A stretch of 64,000 nucleotides of DNA, taken from the NCBI GenBank assembly GCA_008632985.1, contig QPGO01000060.1, positions 248,001 to 312,000 on the forward strand, read 5' to 3'. The position numbers were made by a program, and so were the translations under genes. The notes below the pieces were generated by a model, which was not told the DNA's origin, did no database searches, and saw nothing but the letters and a program-made list of their open reading frames with translations. Position 1 is the stretch's first letter; each line of letters opens with the position of its first letter. This stretch comes from Psammoneis japonica. Lineage: Eukaryota. Shown piece by piece: positions 61,567-64,000 of this stretch.

Positions 61567-64000
61567 TTAGTTCTTCTTTTGGTGGTTCTTCTTTTGGTGT
61601 TTTCTCTTCCCGCGAGTTCTTCTCCGCTTGCCGGATGCTCGTTTTGGCTTTTTTGATATCACACCACTACCTCGATTGTTGCGATCCACTTTCTTGTAAT
61701 ATTCAAGGACGGCATCGAGGTGGGAGAACACTTTTGATTTCACGACAACAAGCTTTCGCGACGCTGTATTGTCATCAGCTTCCTCCTCCTTTCCTCCTTT
61801 TGATCCCTCTGTTTTGCTGGACGGACGCTTTCCTTCTTTGATATTATCAAGAGAAGAAACGTGAGAACGAACATGCTCAATAAGAGCAGCTCGTTGCAAG
61901 GGAGGAGAAACTTTGCTTGCAATTACCGACGACATGGAGCAGTACAATTCCGTAGCCTCTACTTCCATCAGTCTTGGCTCTGACGGCGAATAACCTTTCA
62001 AGAAATCTAGAATCAACATGCAGAGCCTCACCGCATCCCCCGCTTCAAACTCTGGCGAAAGACACTTGCACCCAATCACGACCTGCTGAAACAAATCCAG
62101 TATGGCGGGTACCGACTGTGAAGTTAATGACAGATTAGCCTTTTCACTGTGATAGTTATACAGGTCGGCATAGACGACGGTACTGTCGTCGTCTTCTTCA
62201 GGATATTTCGAATTTGAAGAAATGCCGGAATAATCTTTCCGGCTGAATTCAGACGAGCGCAGAGCATCTCGTCTTTCGAGTAGAGTGTGGTGATGAATCA
62301 CTGATTTGCGCACCATGGTTTCTACCCAAGACAGGTTCCTTGCAAACAACATCTGCTTTTCGATTGGTTGCTTCAACGGATCAACATCAGGATGCTTTGG
62401 GGCGTTCGAGTCTATCTCATTGAATATTCCAATCGCAGTGTTGTACACGTTTGGGGCATTGTGCAACAAATGATTGAGCTGCCGGGAATGCCACCCCGTG
62501 TCGGTATCCGTTCCTTGAAATGACTCGTAGAAATCAATTGTTTCGTCAAACTGCCTCACAATGTGTAAGATTTCAGCAGTGGCGTGGTGATGGGAGAACC
62601 CTTGTTTTTGTTGCAACGTGGGCGAAAACAAAAACGAGGCTACATGCCCCCATGCTTGAATTGCATCTTCAAACGCAGAGCTCTCCACAAAGAACTCAGG
62701 TCGAGACTGCTCAAGCCGAACTTGACGTAACGAATTGCACAGAGATTCAAGCTCGGAACTACAGCTCTGAGCAGCACCCACTATAGCATCAATCTCATTG
62801 TTCGAATCTGAGCCATCCACGTCACTCCTCGATATTCTCGATTCTTCCCTTGCCGCTTCGACAAGTCGCTGTATTCTGGTTCGCCACGCCGTAATTGGCA
62901 GTGCCTTGACTCTTCCATCGGGACTGACTTGCTGTGTCGTCTTGCTCTGCTCTTGTAATCGTTGAATCCATTCCGCAACTTTCTGTGGGCCAGTTTCATG
63001 TCCAGAATATGCCCATGCCGCCAAAATGGGGTGAAAGGTTTGCAGTCTCGGCACAATTGTTGTGGGTGCAACAAGCTGCGAAGCAATCAGACGCATGGCC
63101 AAGGCTTCTGCCTGCAACAGACCGTCCAACGTTCCCGTTCGGACCCAAGCTTGAATGACTGATTCGTACGTTTCAATATTGGGCGATACGTTGCTTTCAT
63201 GTGACGTTTCCATATCATCCATCCACTCTGCCATTCGACGAGCCTCGATCGTGAGACCATCATACATATGTTGTTGTTGCTGCTCGCGAAATCCTTTTGC
63301 AAAGATTACATCGTGTCGATCCCATGGAATATGCCGCGACCACGGGGGTACATCATGAATGCCACTGGCACGGCGTAAATGCGCATTGTACATGACCGTG
63401 TCGGGTTGCAACGTTTCATCCTGAAAGCGTTGGCTATATCGTTTGGCTCGTTCAATCCACCGTTTGGAATGCGCGTCATTGGAAAATAAGGTTGGAACAT
63501 CGTGAGGTTCTCCCGTTTTGCAACCATTGGTCCAGCAAGCCATAATGGAAAGGAACGTCTCGCGATTTGGTATCAACAATCCATCCTTGATCACAATCTC
63601 TTTCGTATTGGAGTCCACATCCCTTGTCAAAGAATTGTAATTCTTTCGAATAAAGTCCCGACCTATTTGACGTCCAACTCGTCCCCACAATTGAATGACT
63701 GTATTGTACGTTTCCACGTTTGGTTTGGGAAGAAGAACTTCATCCTGTTGTTGTTGGTACAAAGCACGGTTGTTGTTTCCATCCAACATTTTGGTCAACA
63801 AGACATCCGCTCGTCGAGCCACTTCCTCATCTGTTCCCGAAAAGCATTTCATGTACACATTGTACACGTCTGCCGTCAATTGACACTCTTTGTGTTCGTG
63901 CAGTAGCTTGACAATACCCTTGGCAAGTGGTTCGACACTGGCCTTCATTGCCAACGACTGTTGTTGTTGTGCATTAATATTGGCAAGTGCACCCAAGACG
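61567..64000 (-). CDS. PPR-like helical repeat protein; 5' end outside the window
   Basis: Repeated PPR-type starts PNVETYNTVIQLW, PDTVMYN, PNIETYESVIQAW, PRLQTFHPILAAWA; basic C-terminal tail. Confidence 0.75.
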   Translation of the reverse strand, partial: VLGALANINAQQQQSLAMKASVEPLAKGIVKLLHEHKECQLTADVYNVYMKCFSGTDEEVARRADVLLTKMLDGNNNRALYQQQQDEVLLPKPNVETYNTVIQLWGRVGRQIGRDFIRKNYNSLTRDVDSNTKEIVIKDGLLIPNRETFLSIMACWTNGCKTGEPHDVPTLFSNDAHSKRWIERAKRYSQRFQDETLQPDTVMYNAHLRRASGIHDVPPWSRHIPWDRHDVIFAKGFREQQQQHMYDGLTIEARRMAEWMDDMETSHESNVSPNIETYESVIQAWVRTGTLDGLLQAEALAMRLIASQLVAPTTIVPRLQTFHPILAAWAYSGHETGPQKVAEWIQRLQEQSKTTQQVSPDGRVKALPITAWRTRIQRLVEAAREESRISRSDVDGSDSNNEIDAIVGAAQSCSSELESLCNSLRQVRLEQSRPEFFVESSAFEDAIQAWGHVASFLFSPTLQQKQGFSHHHATAEILHIVRQFDETIDFYESFQGTDTDTGWHSRQLNHLLHNAPNVYNTAIGIFNEIDSNAPKHPDVDPLKQPIEKQMLFARNLSWVETMVRKSVIHHHTLLERRDALRSSEFSRKDYSGISSNSKYPEEDDDSTVVYADLYNYHSEKANLSLTSQSVPAILDLFQQVVIGCKCLSPEFEAGDAVRLCMLILDFLKGYSPSEPRLMEVEATELYCSMSSVIASKVSPPLQRAALIEHVRSHVSSLDNIKEGKRPSSKTEGSKGGKEEEADDNTASRKLVVVKSKVFSHLDAVLEYYKKVDRNNRGSGVISKKPKRASGKRRRTRGKRKHQKKNHQKKN

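Overview
Eukaryotic genomic window, most likely from a diatom (inferred from short GT-AG introns and diatom-type Copia, Gypsy and Plavaka-like elements). Host genes: DNA polymerase alpha catalytic subunit (with an in-frame TAG, and a 1.5-kb TIR element inserted 57 bp before its ATG), a membrane-anchored nitrilase-fold protein, calpain-7/PalB, a GHKL-ATPase/HExxH (DUF3684-like) protein, two tandem 3-exon coiled-coil paralogs, a small unknown gene and a PPR-like protein. These genes alternate with sharply bounded, nested-TE islands (~7.35-19.35 kb, ~27.3-42.2 kb, ~49.55-53.8 kb, plus a small patch at ~25.07-25.94 kb). In these islands CpG has decayed to TpG/CpA, as expected for 5mC. Unexpectedly, TpA has also been converted almost completely to TpG/CpA, so Tyr codons become His/Cys and TAA/TAG stops disappear. 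Direction and context can be read directly from internal controls: an LTR pair, a 42-bp tandem array, duplicated host-gene fragments, and one transposase ORF that crosses a domain boundary. The pattern looks like a domain-restricted, RIP-like hypermutation process running opposite to fungal RIP. All alignments and counts were made by eye.
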